From positions 1 through 64,000 of the IMG/VR virus record IMGVR_UViG_3300036790_000060: 64,000 nt of DNA, one strand, 5' to 3'. The translations under genes were made by a program, and so were the position numbers. This document shows, one piece after another, positions 9,270-18,350 of the stretch. This DNA is from a virus. The notes under the pieces were generated by a model. It made no database searches. It was not told the DNA's origin and saw nothing but the letters and a program-made list of their open reading frames with translations. The first letter of the stretch is position 1. The number at the start of each line of letters is the position of its first letter.

Positions 9270-10225
9270 TTCGGACCAAGACGCGTGCGCGTCGGTCCGC
9301 CACGCTCTTCGATCGGGCGGTTATCGAATGCTGTTCCAAGAATATGGACCGGCCTCGTCTTAAGCAATACCCGCGCCGGGATGTTCTTAATATCCTTCCC
9401 AACGTAATAGGCATTCCACACAAACGCTGCCGCACGGATGCGCTGCCAGTATTTAGCTTCTCCACCTTTATGAGTCGAAAGGTAGTCGAACAGAACCTTC
9501 CACTGACCCTTCGGTTGCAGTCCGTGGCCTTCGTTCCGCATCACCGCCCCCCAGAACTCAAGAGCAGCTTCCGGTTTGATCGCCGTCGTCACGAGAGCGA
9601 CCGCGTAAACTGGCCCTGTCATGATAAGAGGAAGATACCCTTTCACGCCGTCCGCCCGCGCAGCTTCTAGAGCGTATGAAGCAGTCTGATACTCATTCAG
9701 CAGGGTAGCTTGGTGGATATCGCGATCCTTCGTGATGTCCTCCTTGTTATCGTCCTTCGCGAACCGGCATAGGACGTGCTGCATCGCAGCTAGGGCAACT
9801 TTTATATTTGGTATCTTCTCGTCGAGCCCCGTCCCTTTCGCCGCATCGATCGGTTTCCTACCCAATTGTAGATCGATGCGGCTGTAAGCCTTCCCGACTT
9901 CTTCAGCGTTAGACACTTTATGGATAGTCCGAACGAAGGGGACGGTGATGCCGGACTGGATAACGGCGTTCAGCCGGTGATAGCCGTCCACGAGCTGCAG
10001 CGATCCATCCGGAAGCTCGCAGAAGTAAAGTTGCGTCCATGGCAGGAACGTCCCGTTCCGCATCTTGCTAGCGAGACTGTTCACGTGTCGCTGCCTGATA
10101 TCACGCTGTCTTTTAAAGGCGTATTTACCCGTGTATTCCGTAGCCGTCGCGACGTCTACGGTTACTAGCTTTGTCTCAGCTGGATGTAATCCAGCATACG
10201 GCGATATTTTGTTCTTCGCGAGCAT
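9266..10225 (-). CDS. ParB/Srx-like N-terminal domain protein
   Basis: QRDIRQRHVNSLASKM..G...LVDGYHRLNAVI...ID....R; AAGGAG RBS. Confidence 0.75.
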   Translation of the reverse strand: MLAKNKISPYAGLHPAETKLVTVDVATATEYTGKYAFKRQRDIRQRHVNSLASKMRNGTFLPWTQLYFCELPDGSLQLVDGYHRLNAVIQSGITVPFVRTIHKVSNAEEVGKAYSRIDLQLGRKPIDAAKGTGLDEKIPNIKVALAAMQHVLCRFAKDDNKEDITKDRDIHQATLLNEYQTASYALEAARADGVKGYLPLIMTGPVYAVALVTTAIKPEAALEFWGAVMRNEGHGLQPKGQWKVLFDYLSTHKGGEAKYWQRIRAAAFVWNAYYVGKDIKNIPARVLLKTRPVHILGTAFDNRPIEERGGPTRTRLGPK

Positions 10226-10258
10226 CCGTAATCTCCTTCGGGTTAAGGTTCGTAAATT

Positions 10259-11107
10259 TTACGAACCCAGTTCTTCGTATATCCGATCACGCCACGCGGC
10301 TTTACCGCTTTTCCATACAGAAAGCAGCTCCTTTCGCCACGCTGTCTCAGCCTTCTTATCAGCGGCGGATGCGGCCTTGACCGTCTTCGCCACCTCAGGT
10401 TCAGGCTTTGGTTTCACGACCACCGTCTCTTCCTTCGCCGCGTTCCGTTCGGCGATCTTCCTGACGACCTCGAACTGCTCCTCCTTCGGCGCCTTCGCCA
10501 CTTCGTCCAGCACCACGCCCTTGTCCAGCGCCGTGCCCTTGATCTCGTCCAGCACGGCGGGATCGATCGCCTTGGCGCGGGCGACGTCGCGAAAGACTTT
10601 CCGTTCGGACTGGCCAGTATTAGCTGCGGTATCGGCGACGAAAGACGTGACATCAGACCTGGGTGCCAAATTGGCAGTCAGGTCCTGACTGGCCGCTTTC
10701 TTCATGCCGATCCCCTGCGCTACCCCCGCCTTCGTCTCCGGGTGGATGTTCTCGTATATCTCCTTCCGCCGTAGAAGGAACCACGCGCGTTCGGACGGGG
10801 ATAGTTTCGTCCCGCACAGGTTCTCGTCGCACTCGGCGAGCTGGCAGTGAAGGTCGTCCAGCGATACTACGTGGACTTCTACTTCGTCCCATCCAAGGCG
10901 CTTCACCGCTTCCAGCCGATGGAACCCAGCGACTAGACCGAACCCGTCCACCCAGCCGCCGCCTTTCAGCACCTTGGCAGGTTTGACTGTGAGAGGGTTT
11001 AGCAGCCCGACGTCGGTGATACTGGCGACGAGCGCTTCAACCTGTTTTTCATCGATCCCACGTAACCGGCCGGTCCCGACGATGATCATATCGATGTCGA
11101 TTAGCAT
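10259..11107 (-). CDS. ParB N-terminal domain protein with HTH-like region
   Basis: VEALVASI..VGLLNPLTV, LVAGFHRLEA, AECDENL, then TAANTGQSERKVFRD. Confidence 0.88.
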   Translation of the reverse strand: MLIDIDMIIVGTGRLRGIDEKQVEALVASITDVGLLNPLTVKPAKVLKGGGWVDGFGLVAGFHRLEAVKRLGWDEVEVHVVSLDDLHCQLAECDENLCGTKLSPSERAWFLLRRKEIYENIHPETKAGVAQGIGMKKAASQDLTANLAPRSDVTSFVADTAANTGQSERKVFRDVARAKAIDPAVLDEIKGTALDKGVVLDEVAKAPKEEQFEVVRKIAERNAAKEETVVVKPKPEPEVAKTVKAASAADKKAETAWRKELLSVWKSGKAAWRDRIYEELGS

Positions 11108-11116
11108 TATATTTTC

Positions 11117-11518
11117 CTATACCTTCGTGACGGAAACGGACACCGCGTTGAACGCGCCGACGCCAGGAACCTTCTTCCCGGCTTCCCACCGTTCGTGGAT
11201 CGCCGCTTCGTTCAGACGCTTCTGCATCAGCTCGAACTGGCCGGTCTTCTTGAGGTATTTGTAGAAGAGTTCCCAGTCCTCGACGATCGGGATCATCTTC
11301 GTGACGATCGTCGCCTTGGCGACCTTGCCGATGGCGCCGCGCGAGTCGGACTTCGGGAGCGTGGCGATCAGGTGCTCCTTGATTGCCTTTTCGTAGGCGT
11401 CCAGTTCCGCGACGTCCTTCTGTTCGGACAGGCGCTGTTCGCGCGTCGCGTAAAGGGTATCCGCGCACGCTCCGATCGTCTTCGGGATCGGGCGGGTCTT
11501 CTTCGGCGGTGCTGGCAT
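11117..11518 (-). CDS. Phage hypothetical protein (replication module)
   Basis: AAGGA RBS; VEDWELFYKY...LMQKR...VPGV motif. Confidence 0.75.
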   Translation of the reverse strand: MPAPPKKTRPIPKTIGACADTLYATREQRLSEQKDVAELDAYEKAIKEHLIATLPKSDSRGAIGKVAKATIVTKMIPIVEDWELFYKYLKKTGQFELMQKRLNEAAIHERWEAGKKVPGVGAFNAVSVSVTKV

Positions 11519-11576
11519 TTCGTATTCCTTTCCTGTTCTAGATCATATCGCGTCGATCGATCACTTGTCGACGATT

Positions 11577-11966
11577 TTATTCAGCTGGCGTTTCGTCTTT
11601 CACGCATTCCATTACGCTGATGTATTTCCCGGCGGGACCGTCTTTCAGGTTATCCAGCACGCCGTGAACGACCTGTCGGATAACCTTACCCGGATTATTG
11701 CAGTCCCCGATCGCGTAAGGCATCAGGACGCGCTCCACCGTCCGTCGGTTCGACGGCTTCAGCAGCGCGTGGACGTCCGGTATTTCGCCGGACGGCGCGG
11801 TGAAGAAGACGAAGACGTAGACCTTCGGGTTAGACCGGGCGAACGTCAGTATCTGGTGCGCGTTCCGGTCGATCAGGATGGCGTAGCGGAGTTCGCTGGC
11901 GGGAGGCGTCGGGGCGGTCGCGGCGCTGACGTCTACGACCACCATAGGCGGCTTCTTGCGGGTCAT
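11577..11966 (-). CDS. Hypothetical protein
   Basis: ATG 11966 overlaps the upstream stop (ATGA). Confidence 0.55.
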   Translation of the reverse strand: MTRKKPPMVVVDVSAATAPTPPASELRYAILIDRNAHQILTFARSNPKVYVFVFFTAPSGEIPDVHALLKPSNRRTVERVLMPYAIGDCNNPGKVIRQVVHGVLDNLKDGPAGKYISVMECVKDETPAE

Positions 11967-12307
11967 GGATCGGATCGTCCGGCGTGATCCGGCGACCATA
12001 TGTAAAGCGGTTCGCCAGCAGCGTTCTCCTTTATGGTTGCTGTACCAGTGAACCGAACGTTGCCGCCGTGATGAGTATCGATAACCGCAGTAACGTGGCA
12101 CACTATTGACGCCGACGCGCGATCGAGCGATACCGTCGTTATGTGTTCAAGATCGACCACGTAAAAATTCAATCCGCGATCGTGGAATTGGTTCGTCATG
12201 AACCCCATAATCACGCTGGCTACTAGCTGATCGCGACAGTTATCGATCTGCGCCATCGCCGGGAACGCCAGGGCAACGAATGCCCCGGCCAACAAGAGCT
12301 TACGCAT
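11963..12307 (-). CDS. Hypothetical exported protein
   Basis: Signal peptide MRKLLLAGAFVALAFPAMA-Q. Confidence 0.65.
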   Translation of the reverse strand: MRKLLLAGAFVALAFPAMAQIDNCRDQLVASVIMGFMTNQFHDRGLNFYVVDLEHITTVSLDRASASIVCHVTAVIDTHHGGNVRFTGTATIKENAAGEPLYIWSPDHAGRSDP

Positions 12308-12310
12308 CGA

Positions 12311-12712
12311 TCAGTCCTCCTTGGCTGCCTTCATACATGCCTGGTAGCCATCTACCAGGATCATCATCAGTAGGTCGTCGGGATCGTCGGACGGCGGCGT
12401 GATCTGGATGATGACCATCCGCGCGTTGCTCCTCGGATCGATCTCCGCCTTGAACCCCTTCGTCGCGTTGAACATATCAACGATGTCCTGCGGGGTATGG
12501 ATCGGGGTGCCGAAGTCGTCCTGCACGTCGGCGACCGCCGTGCAGAGGTTCGGCGGTTTCCCGACGATCCGCCAGTCCGGTTCCGACGCGTGGGCGCACG
12601 AGTAGGCGGCGAGGCACAGGAGCGCGACGATCCCCCAGCCGACGACGAACCGCACGGGGCGGAACATCAGCAGCACGATCAGGAATAGCGCGGGAAGCGT
12701 GAGTATGATCAT
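12311..12712 (-). CDS. Hypothetical membrane protein
   Basis: Two N-terminal hydrophobic segments. Confidence 0.6.
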   Translation of the reverse strand: MIILTLPALFLIVLLMFRPVRFVVGWGIVALLCLAAYSCAHASEPDWRIVGKPPNLCTAVADVQDDFGTPIHTPQDIVDMFNATKGFKAEIDPRSNARMVIIQITPPSDDPDDLLMMILVDGYQACMKAAKED

Positions 12713-12918
12713 GGGAACGACTCCTCCTTAGTTTCGTATCGGCGCATCGTAACGCGGCACGTGAAGCCGTAGTCGCATTCGATCTCGGCTTCCACGTTGT
12801 TGAACCGCTTCGCGTCGGCGTGGTTCCGCAGGACGTGCGACGATACCAGGTGCGCGACTTCGTCCTTATCGAGGGTGAAGACCTTCGTCTCCGTCAGCGT
12901 GACATCGACCTTGATCAT
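12709..12918 (-). CDS. Hypothetical protein
   Basis: AGGAGG RBS; ATGA coupling. Confidence 0.6.
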   Translation of the reverse strand: MIKVDVTLTETKVFTLDKDEVAHLVSSHVLRNHADAKRFNNVEAEIECDYGFTCRVTMRRYETKEESFP

Positions 12919-13115
12919 GACGGCCTCCTAGCGACGTGGCGTAGCTTCGCCGGTTCGCCCATCTCGTATTCGACCTGCTGCTGGGACACGAGCGCGTCGT
13001 CGAGGTTATCGAAGGCGAACAGCGGCGCCCAGTAGCCGTCCTGGTTGACATGGACTATCATACCGTCGCGGTAAGCCCGATACCCCGGACGCCATACGTA
13101 GAGGTGATACTCCAT
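12915..13115 (-). CDS. Hypothetical protein
   Basis: GGGAGG RBS before ATG 13115 (MEYHLYVW...). Confidence 0.55.
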   Translation of the reverse strand: MEYHLYVWRPGYRAYRDGMIVHVNQDGYWAPLFAFDNLDDALVSQQQVEYEMGEPAKLRHVARRPS

Positions 13116-13336
13116 CACAGCCTCCCGCAGAATAAGTTCGGTCCGATCCCCCACGCGGGAAGGAATAGGTCGAACAGGGTGTAGATCGCCGGGACGGTCA
13201 TCGCCACCATGACGATCCCCGATGCGGCGAGCGCTACCGAAGCGTTCGTCTGATACATCTTCGGGAATTCGATCGAACACGATTTGATCATCTTGTACAA
13301 GACGATCACTTGCGCCAGCATGAGCCACGTGATCAT
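13115..13336 (-). CDS. Small membrane protein
   Basis: Two hydrophobic segments; coupled to neighbours. Confidence 0.5.
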   Translation of the reverse strand: MITWLMLAQVIVLYKMIKSCSIEFPKMYQTNASVALAASGIVMVAMTVPAIYTLFDLFLPAWGIGPNLFCGRL

Positions 13337-13509
13337 AGCCCCATCCCCCTGATAAGCAGCTCGATCTTGAGCCGTTCCACGATGTTATGTCGTTTGTCCT
13401 CGTCGCCGACGATATCGAACCCCTGGGATAGGCAGCGCTGGACGTCGCCCAGCGCCATCTTCGCTATCGGGACTTCGGCACCGTCGATCTGATACATGTA
13501 GTCCCGCAT
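13333..13509 (-). CDS. Small hypothetical protein (58 aa, not in ORF track)
   Basis: Hand-translated MRDYMYQIDGAEV...RGMGL*; GAGG RBS. Confidence 0.5.
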   Translation of the reverse strand: MRDYMYQIDGAEVPIAKMALGDVQRCLSQGFDIVGDEDKRHNIVERLKIELLIRGMGL

Positions 13510-13510
13510 A

Positions 13511-14122
13511 TTAGACCTCTCCGTTCCGCTTCATTTCGCCCAGGTAGAACCGAACACCGGCGGTCGCGCGCTTCTGGTCGTGCATAACCGGGAACCGGCC
13601 TTTCGAAAAGTCGTCCGTCAGCTTCGCGACGACCACCTCGACCGTCAGGCCCTTCAAGAGGTATTCGCGGGCGACGGACCGGAACGTCTCGGCACGGACG
13701 CCAGGAGCCTTCACAGAGGCCTTCCTCGCCGGTTCCGCCGCGTCGCCCGCGATCAGCTTCTGCGCGAGGTTCGCCGTGGTCGATTTCGCGGCTACCTCGT
13801 TCGCCATCCGCCTCACGGCCTTCATCATCGCGGGTGACGGTTCCGGCACGTGGCCGATAACGAGCTGGGCGACCGGAGGCGGTTCCTCGGTCGGCTTGCC
13901 GGGAAGGACGATATCGGTCAGGTGGTTCGGGCAGGGTGTGCCGTTCGCGGTATCACGGAGGGACGTGGCGACCTTCACGAGGCGCTTGATCCCGGTCGGG
14001 CGATCCTGGAACTTCTTGACCTGCGGGACGTTCGCCGCGAAGGAAAGGTTATTGAAGCTGAAGACCAGTTCGGCGCTGGTCATACCGTTGATCTGTTCGT
14101 CGGTGGGGATCGTGGTAGACAT
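13511..14122 (-). CDS. Putative DNA-binding protein; paralogue of 59196-59684
   Basis: AGGAG RBS before ATG 14122; N- and C-terminal similarity to the 59196-59684 protein. Confidence 0.65.
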   Translation of the reverse strand: MSTTIPTDEQINGMTSAELVFSFNNLSFAANVPQVKKFQDRPTGIKRLVKVATSLRDTANGTPCPNHLTDIVLPGKPTEEPPPVAQLVIGHVPEPSPAMMKAVRRMANEVAAKSTTANLAQKLIAGDAAEPARKASVKAPGVRAETFRSVAREYLLKGLTVEVVVAKLTDDFSKGRFPVMHDQKRATAGVRFYLGEMKRNGEV

Positions 14123-14180
14123 TCTAGTTCTCCTGTTTAGGCGTTTCTGGTTTTTCGCCAACCGTTCGTTGGTGATTTGG

Positions 14181-14209
14181 GATATACGCCACGACGTTGG
14201 GGATGTAAA
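14181..14209 (-). promoter_or_regulatory. Sigma70-like leftward promoter
   Basis: TTTACA-17 bp-TATATC on the - strand, downstream of a terminator in an AT-rich gap. Confidence 0.5.
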
Positions 14210-14291
14210 CGAAATTGTGTTGATATAATGAAAAAAGATTTTTGGTTACTGATTGTAATAACCCTGGACAGGGCTATTTCAGACACAGCAT

Positions 14292-14323
14292 AAAAAAAGG
14301 GGCGATCCCGCGAAGGACCGCCC
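14292..14323 (-). terminator. Rho-independent terminator
   Basis: - strand GGGCGGTCC-TTCGC-GGGATCGCCC followed by C and T7. Confidence 0.85.
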
Positions 14324-14384
14324 AAGTTTACAGGGAGGAAACGTCCTAGAAAGCAGAGACCAAACGGCGCCTGCGGGATCATCA

Positions 14385-14711
14385 TTAACCGACGTCCGGC
14401 GGGATGTACAGGACTGTTTTCGCCGGGTGCCGCTTCCCCGTCTCGCCGCAGAGTTCGCACGGCATCATGACGGACTGCCAACCGCGCGATAGAAGGACAC
14501 GGCCGACGCCCGCGCAGTTCGGGCACATATCGTCCAGGGCGTAGCGCGTCGCGGCCAGGCGTGCCTGGACGAGCTGATCGTAGGCGTAGACCGTCCCGCC
14601 GCCGTCCGGATGCGCGATCTTCGAAAGCTGGCGGAACCGCCTGTGGATATCTTCCGGTGACGCGTTCGGCGTCAGCCGGAGGAGCGCGAAGGCTTCGGTA
14701 GCGTTCATCAT
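14385..14711 (-). CDS. Small J-domain (DnaJ-like) protein with one CxxCxGxG zinc-finger pair
   Basis: AFALLRL...IHRRFRQLSKIAHPDGGG (HPD motif); CPNCAGVG and CELCGETG. Confidence 0.85.
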   Translation of the reverse strand: MMNATEAFALLRLTPNASPEDIHRRFRQLSKIAHPDGGGTVYAYDQLVQARLAATRYALDDMCPNCAGVGRVLLSRGWQSVMMPCELCGETGKRHPAKTVLYIPPDVG

Positions 14712-14884
14712 ATCAGGTCCAGTATCACGGTGATGATTTCACATAATTCGGCGATCGTGTCCGCCATGACGAGCGCGTCGCCGATCGCCTGCTTAATGAG
14801 AACGCGGCGCGCGTGGGTTAAGCTGCATTCGTGCTTAACCCGATACGCCTTGATTTCCGCTATGGTGACCCGTCGAACGGTCAT
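14708..14884 (-). CDS. Small hypothetical protein (58 aa, not in ORF track)
   Basis: Hand-translated MTVRRVTIAEIKAYR...; GAGG RBS; coupled to neighbours. Confidence 0.5.
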   Translation of the reverse strand: MTVRRVTIAEIKAYRVKHECSLTHARRVLIKQAIGDALVMADTIAELCEIITVILDLI

Positions 14885-15124
14885 TCAGATTTCCTCGTAG
14901 CACTGGCTGTGTTCGCGGCGCCCGTCGTCGTCCGTCCAGTCGTGGAACGTGGTGAAGTTCGGACAGACAGCGGAGTGGTCCGGATACCCCGGACGAATAA
15001 GCGGCGCGATATGCGGGTGGTCGGTGAACACCACACGGCTGGCGCTGGCGTTATGGGCTTCGGGGATCGCTACATAGATCGCGAGCATCGCGACCAAGGC
15101 GACCAGCGTGACTGCGTAGGACAT
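14885..15124 (-). CDS. Small exported/membrane protein
   Basis: GGAG RBS; hydrophobic N-terminus. Confidence 0.55.
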   Translation of the reverse strand: MSYAVTLVALVAMLAIYVAIPEAHNASASRVVFTDHPHIAPLIRPGYPDHSAVCPNFTTFHDWTDDDGRREHSQCYEEI

Positions 15125-15193
15125 GTTTCGTCTCCCCCTTGGTTCGGACGGCGCGGGCTTCGGGACCGCGCCGCTCGATGTGAACCCCCTTCG

Positions 15194-15403
15194 TTAAGCC
15201 TTCAGCGCGGCGACGAGCTCGGCGCCGTGCGCCTTCGCGGCCTTGACCATGTCCTTGGCACCGGCGGTCGCGTGGAATTCGACGTGCTGCGCGGTGACCG
15301 TCTTCGCGATGGCGACGTGCGCCTTGGTCACTTCCTTCACGGCCTTGTCGACGGACTTCTGGACGAGCTCGGCAACACCGGGCTGTTCGATCAGTTTAGC
15401 CAT
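15194..15403 (-). CDS. Small Ala/Lys-rich protein
   Basis: AAGGAG RBS; strongly GC3-biased codons; promoter upstream. Confidence 0.7.
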   Translation of the reverse strand: MAKLIEQPGVAELVQKSVDKAVKEVTKAHVAIAKTVTAQHVEFHATAGAKDMVKAAKAHGAELVAALKA

Positions 15404-15445
15404 TCTCAGTCTCCTTCGTTCGTTGTGCCATAAGCGGCGGTCGGA

Positions 15446-15474
15446 AACCTAATCGCGCGCTCACGCTTTGTAAA
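15446..15474 (-). promoter_or_regulatory. Sigma70-like leftward promoter
   Basis: TTTACA-17 bp-TAGGTT on the - strand; the same -10 occurs at 62910-62915. Confidence 0.5.
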
Positions 15475-15494
15475 TCATTAAAATACAAACGGCG

Positions 15495-17609
15495 TCAGTA
15501 TTTTTTCCCGTCAGCGTTCCTCTTCGCGATCGACTTCGGCTTCGGTGACGAAGGCGCAGGTGGGACACTACCAGTCGTTGAGTCATCGTCACTATAGCCC
15601 GTGAACCCAGGCGGCGGTAGGAACCGGCGCGTTCCGTTGCTGCGCTTCTCCGTCCATCCCAGGCGCTTAAGCGTCGTCGCGATCTTGTTCGATATCCCGC
15701 TGTGGATGCTCTTCTTCTCGAAGTTGAGGCCCTCTTCAGCGACGCTGTTCGTTGTAACCGTGAACGACGCGAGACGAACCGGGTCCATCGATACGATCTT
15801 GTACGTGTGATTAAGGTGCTCCTTGATGAAGTCATCCCAGTCGCCGCCCGCGAAGTATTTGTCCTGCTCGGGGTTAAACAGCCGGGCTTCCAGGTCAGGC
15901 GTCGGATACCACTTCTCACCGGCCTGATACATGATGAACGCCTCGGCGAACAGCTGGTCGCGGTCGGCGCGTAGGCCGGATAGATCGATCTTCCCGGAAT
16001 GGACGGGCCAGAACCTACGGTTCCCGGTTTCGTCCTTAAGGAACTTCTCTTCGTTGGTCGTGCCGACGAATACACACTGGCGGGGCTCGATCGACTCCGT
16101 CTTCCCATACATCCGCGTGTACTTTTCCGTCTGCCGTGTAATGAACCGCTTGATATCCTCGACTTCGGCTTTCCGCATCGCGGATAGTTCGGCGATCTCG
16201 ATTAACCACTTCCCGTTGAGGTGGGAAGACAGGCGCTTCTCGTCGTTCCCGTCCAGCTTCGGTAGCTGATCGGAGAAGTATTCCTCACTAGCGAGGATCG
16301 AAAGCGCGGTAGACTTCCCTTCGCCCTGCTTCGGATCGACAAGGACCATCATGTAGTCGCACTTGCATCCCGGTTTCTCGACACGTGCGACCATCGCGAT
16401 CAGGACCATCCTGCCCATCGCGTCGGTGTATTCGTTTTGCTCCACGCCGAAGTATCGCGCCAGCCAACCGGTCAGGCGCGGTTTCTTGTCCCACGTGACG
16501 GAACGCAGATAGTCGCGGACGGGGTGGAACGGCTTCTGGTAGGAACGCAGCTTGATCGCGGTTCGCACGTCGTTATCTCCTATTCGGGAAAGGCCACCGT
16601 ATCCCTGAAGCCAGTCCTGGGTGCGTGATACGTCGTGGTCGGTCCATCGCCGCCGCGTGAATGTATCCGCGTCGTCGTCGAGTAGCGGCTGGATGACCGA
16701 CGGTTCGACCTGCATCTGATCGAACGCGAAGACGTCCTTGATATCGGGCGCTGAACGCATCGCGACGCCAACGTTATGGAGATTATTGATTGGCCCGGTA
16801 TCACTCATCTGATACTGGCTCTGCCAGTCTTCCAGGCGCGGCGCCGCCTTCATCAGTGCTTTAAGATTGGCGCCCTTCGTCAGGAGGTAGTCGTCAAGCC
16901 CCACCTTAAGGTCGTCAGGCTGCGGAAGATCGATCCGGTAGACTAAGGCGCCCCGCTTGATGAGACGGGCTGTCAGCGCGCTGAGGGCATTCTGGACTTC
17001 GGGTTTAATCGCGATGTCGGAGTCGAACGCGATGTAGACCTGGCGAAGTTCCCACGGGACGTGGAGTTCGGGAAGGAGTTCGTAGTCCATCTTCCCGGCC
17101 ATGAATGACCATACGCCACCGAGGCCGATCGTCGGGAACCCGTGCTTCGCCCCGGCTGCGGCTTTTAGTTCGCCTTCGGTGATCACGATCGGTCGCGCTG
17201 TGTCTTCCAGCACTTCTCGCCAGTTCACGGTCGGCGGGAAGTAGGCGCGGACGCGGGAGCCGAAAGCCTGCGCGTATTTCGGAAACCGGCGCGGCTTCCC
17301 CTTATCGTCGGGCGGTAGGATCGGGAGGGGATCGGTCAGGCAGCGTGCGCGGTAGAACGGACCTGACGGGTCGAGTCCGTTGATCATCGGCACTGTAGTG
17401 TTCCACGGATCGAAGTAGGGTATCCGTAGCGCCGGGTGCCCACCCTTCCAGAGCTTCGCCGCGCCGGACTCGGTCGCGGTCATCGCTGACATCTTAAGAG
17501 CGTGGCCGTCTTTTTCGGTCAGGCCTGATGTCGCCAGCTTCGCGACGGCTATCTTCCAGATAGCTGGCGCGTCGAGTACCGTCTTGCCGGTGAAATCTTT
17601 TGCAGCCAT
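15495..17609 (-). CDS. Primase (DUF3854/TOPRIM) fused to VirE/VapE-type helicase
   Basis: ITEGELKA, IGLGGVW, IAFDSD and KVGLDDYL (TOPRIM); FHPVRDYL, KQGEGKST Walker A, IEIAEL, FVGTTN and DETGNRRFWP (VapE). Confidence 0.93.
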   Translation of the reverse strand: MAAKDFTGKTVLDAPAIWKIAVAKLATSGLTEKDGHALKMSAMTATESGAAKLWKGGHPALRIPYFDPWNTTVPMINGLDPSGPFYRARCLTDPLPILPPDDKGKPRRFPKYAQAFGSRVRAYFPPTVNWREVLEDTARPIVITEGELKAAAGAKHGFPTIGLGGVWSFMAGKMDYELLPELHVPWELRQVYIAFDSDIAIKPEVQNALSALTARLIKRGALVYRIDLPQPDDLKVGLDDYLLTKGANLKALMKAAPRLEDWQSQYQMSDTGPINNLHNVGVAMRSAPDIKDVFAFDQMQVEPSVIQPLLDDDADTFTRRRWTDHDVSRTQDWLQGYGGLSRIGDNDVRTAIKLRSYQKPFHPVRDYLRSVTWDKKPRLTGWLARYFGVEQNEYTDAMGRMVLIAMVARVEKPGCKCDYMMVLVDPKQGEGKSTALSILASEEYFSDQLPKLDGNDEKRLSSHLNGKWLIEIAELSAMRKAEVEDIKRFITRQTEKYTRMYGKTESIEPRQCVFVGTTNEEKFLKDETGNRRFWPVHSGKIDLSGLRADRDQLFAEAFIMYQAGEKWYPTPDLEARLFNPEQDKYFAGGDWDDFIKEHLNHTYKIVSMDPVRLASFTVTTNSVAEEGLNFEKKSIHSGISNKIATTLKRLGWTEKRSNGTRRFLPPPGFTGYSDDDSTTGSVPPAPSSPKPKSIAKRNADGKKY

Positions 17610-17652
17610 AGGTGACGTCCTCTACCAGGTTTTAAGATCAGCCTGGCGAGGA

Positions 17653-17832
17653 TCATCCATCGGTTTCGTCGGGATACACGACCGTAGGGACAGGGCGATC
17701 GAGTTCGCGGATAATCGCGCGGCGCATGATTTCCGAAGGGCGCCGGTCTTCGACCACGGCACGGTCTTTCAGCCTGGCTACGGTCCCTGGTGGGAGACGA
17801 ACCATGATCATATCCGTAAGCACGCGAGCCAT
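17653..17832 (-). CDS. Ribbon-helix-helix (Arc/CopG-like) regulator, 59 aa, not in ORF track
   Basis: Hand-translated MARVLTDMIMVRLPPGTVARLKDRAVVEDRRPSEIMRRAIIRELD...; AAGGAG RBS; first gene of the left arm. Confidence 0.75.
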   Translation of the reverse strand: MARVLTDMIMVRLPPGTVARLKDRAVVEDRRPSEIMRRAIIRELDRPVPTVVYPDETDG

Positions 17833-17929
17833 AGGCAGCTCCTTCGGTAAGCGGGGTAGCCCGTTTATACGAACCCCGGCGGGATGTAAATCATCATATA
17901 ACCTGGTATGATGGAAGGGCCGTTTTGGG

Positions 17930-18265
17930 CCCTTAGTGTCGACCTTTCGCGAATTATGTCGACACTAGACGTCGACACTTCCTCTAAGCTGCTGATCTAT
18001 AAAGGGAAAAATCGAAAGTGTCGACTAGTGTCGACTACTTCTTGAAACCCCCCGGATGGTTTTTCCTAAAACCCTATTACCTATTAGATAGAGACCCTGT
18101 CGGCACTTATCGACACTTCCCCCCTTAAACCGCTGATATGATTAGGCAAATCGTAGTGTCGACGGTCGGCCCTAGTCGACACTATTGGGCCCCTTTTGGC
18201 CCTTTTGACCGTGTACTCGCATAACCGTGGCGATCGCCGATTGCAGGTGATTTAGTGTCGACACG
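17930..18265. repeat. Cluster of GTGTCGAC/GTCGACAC repeats around an AT-rich core; candidate replication origin or control region
   Basis: Exact GTCGAC at 17938, 17958, 17971, 18020, 18030, 18158, 18175 and 18257, plus variants; two similar ~55-bp units (17971-18025, 18109-18163). Confidence 0.7.
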
Positions 18266-18321
18266 CCCCTTCCCATGATATCCCACGCGATCCCATGCGA
18301 TCCCATGTTCGGCACTAGCCC

Positions 18322-18350
18322 TGGACATGGTGTTTTGGCGTCATTATATA
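18322..18350 (+). promoter_or_regulatory. Sigma70-like rightward promoter
   Basis: TGGACA-17 bp-TATATA upstream of the nusG-like gene. Confidence 0.5.

Noticed and set aside
15149-15173. Terminator at hairpin CGGCGCGG...CCGCGCCG
   Set aside because: The stem is present but has no U-tract on either strand; it may be a stability or processing hairpin only.
17930-18265. CRISPR array
   Set aside because: The repeats are 6-9 bp, in both orientations and irregularly spaced. There is no cas operon; the Cas4-like nuclease at 2734-3477 is a usual phage replication-module gene.
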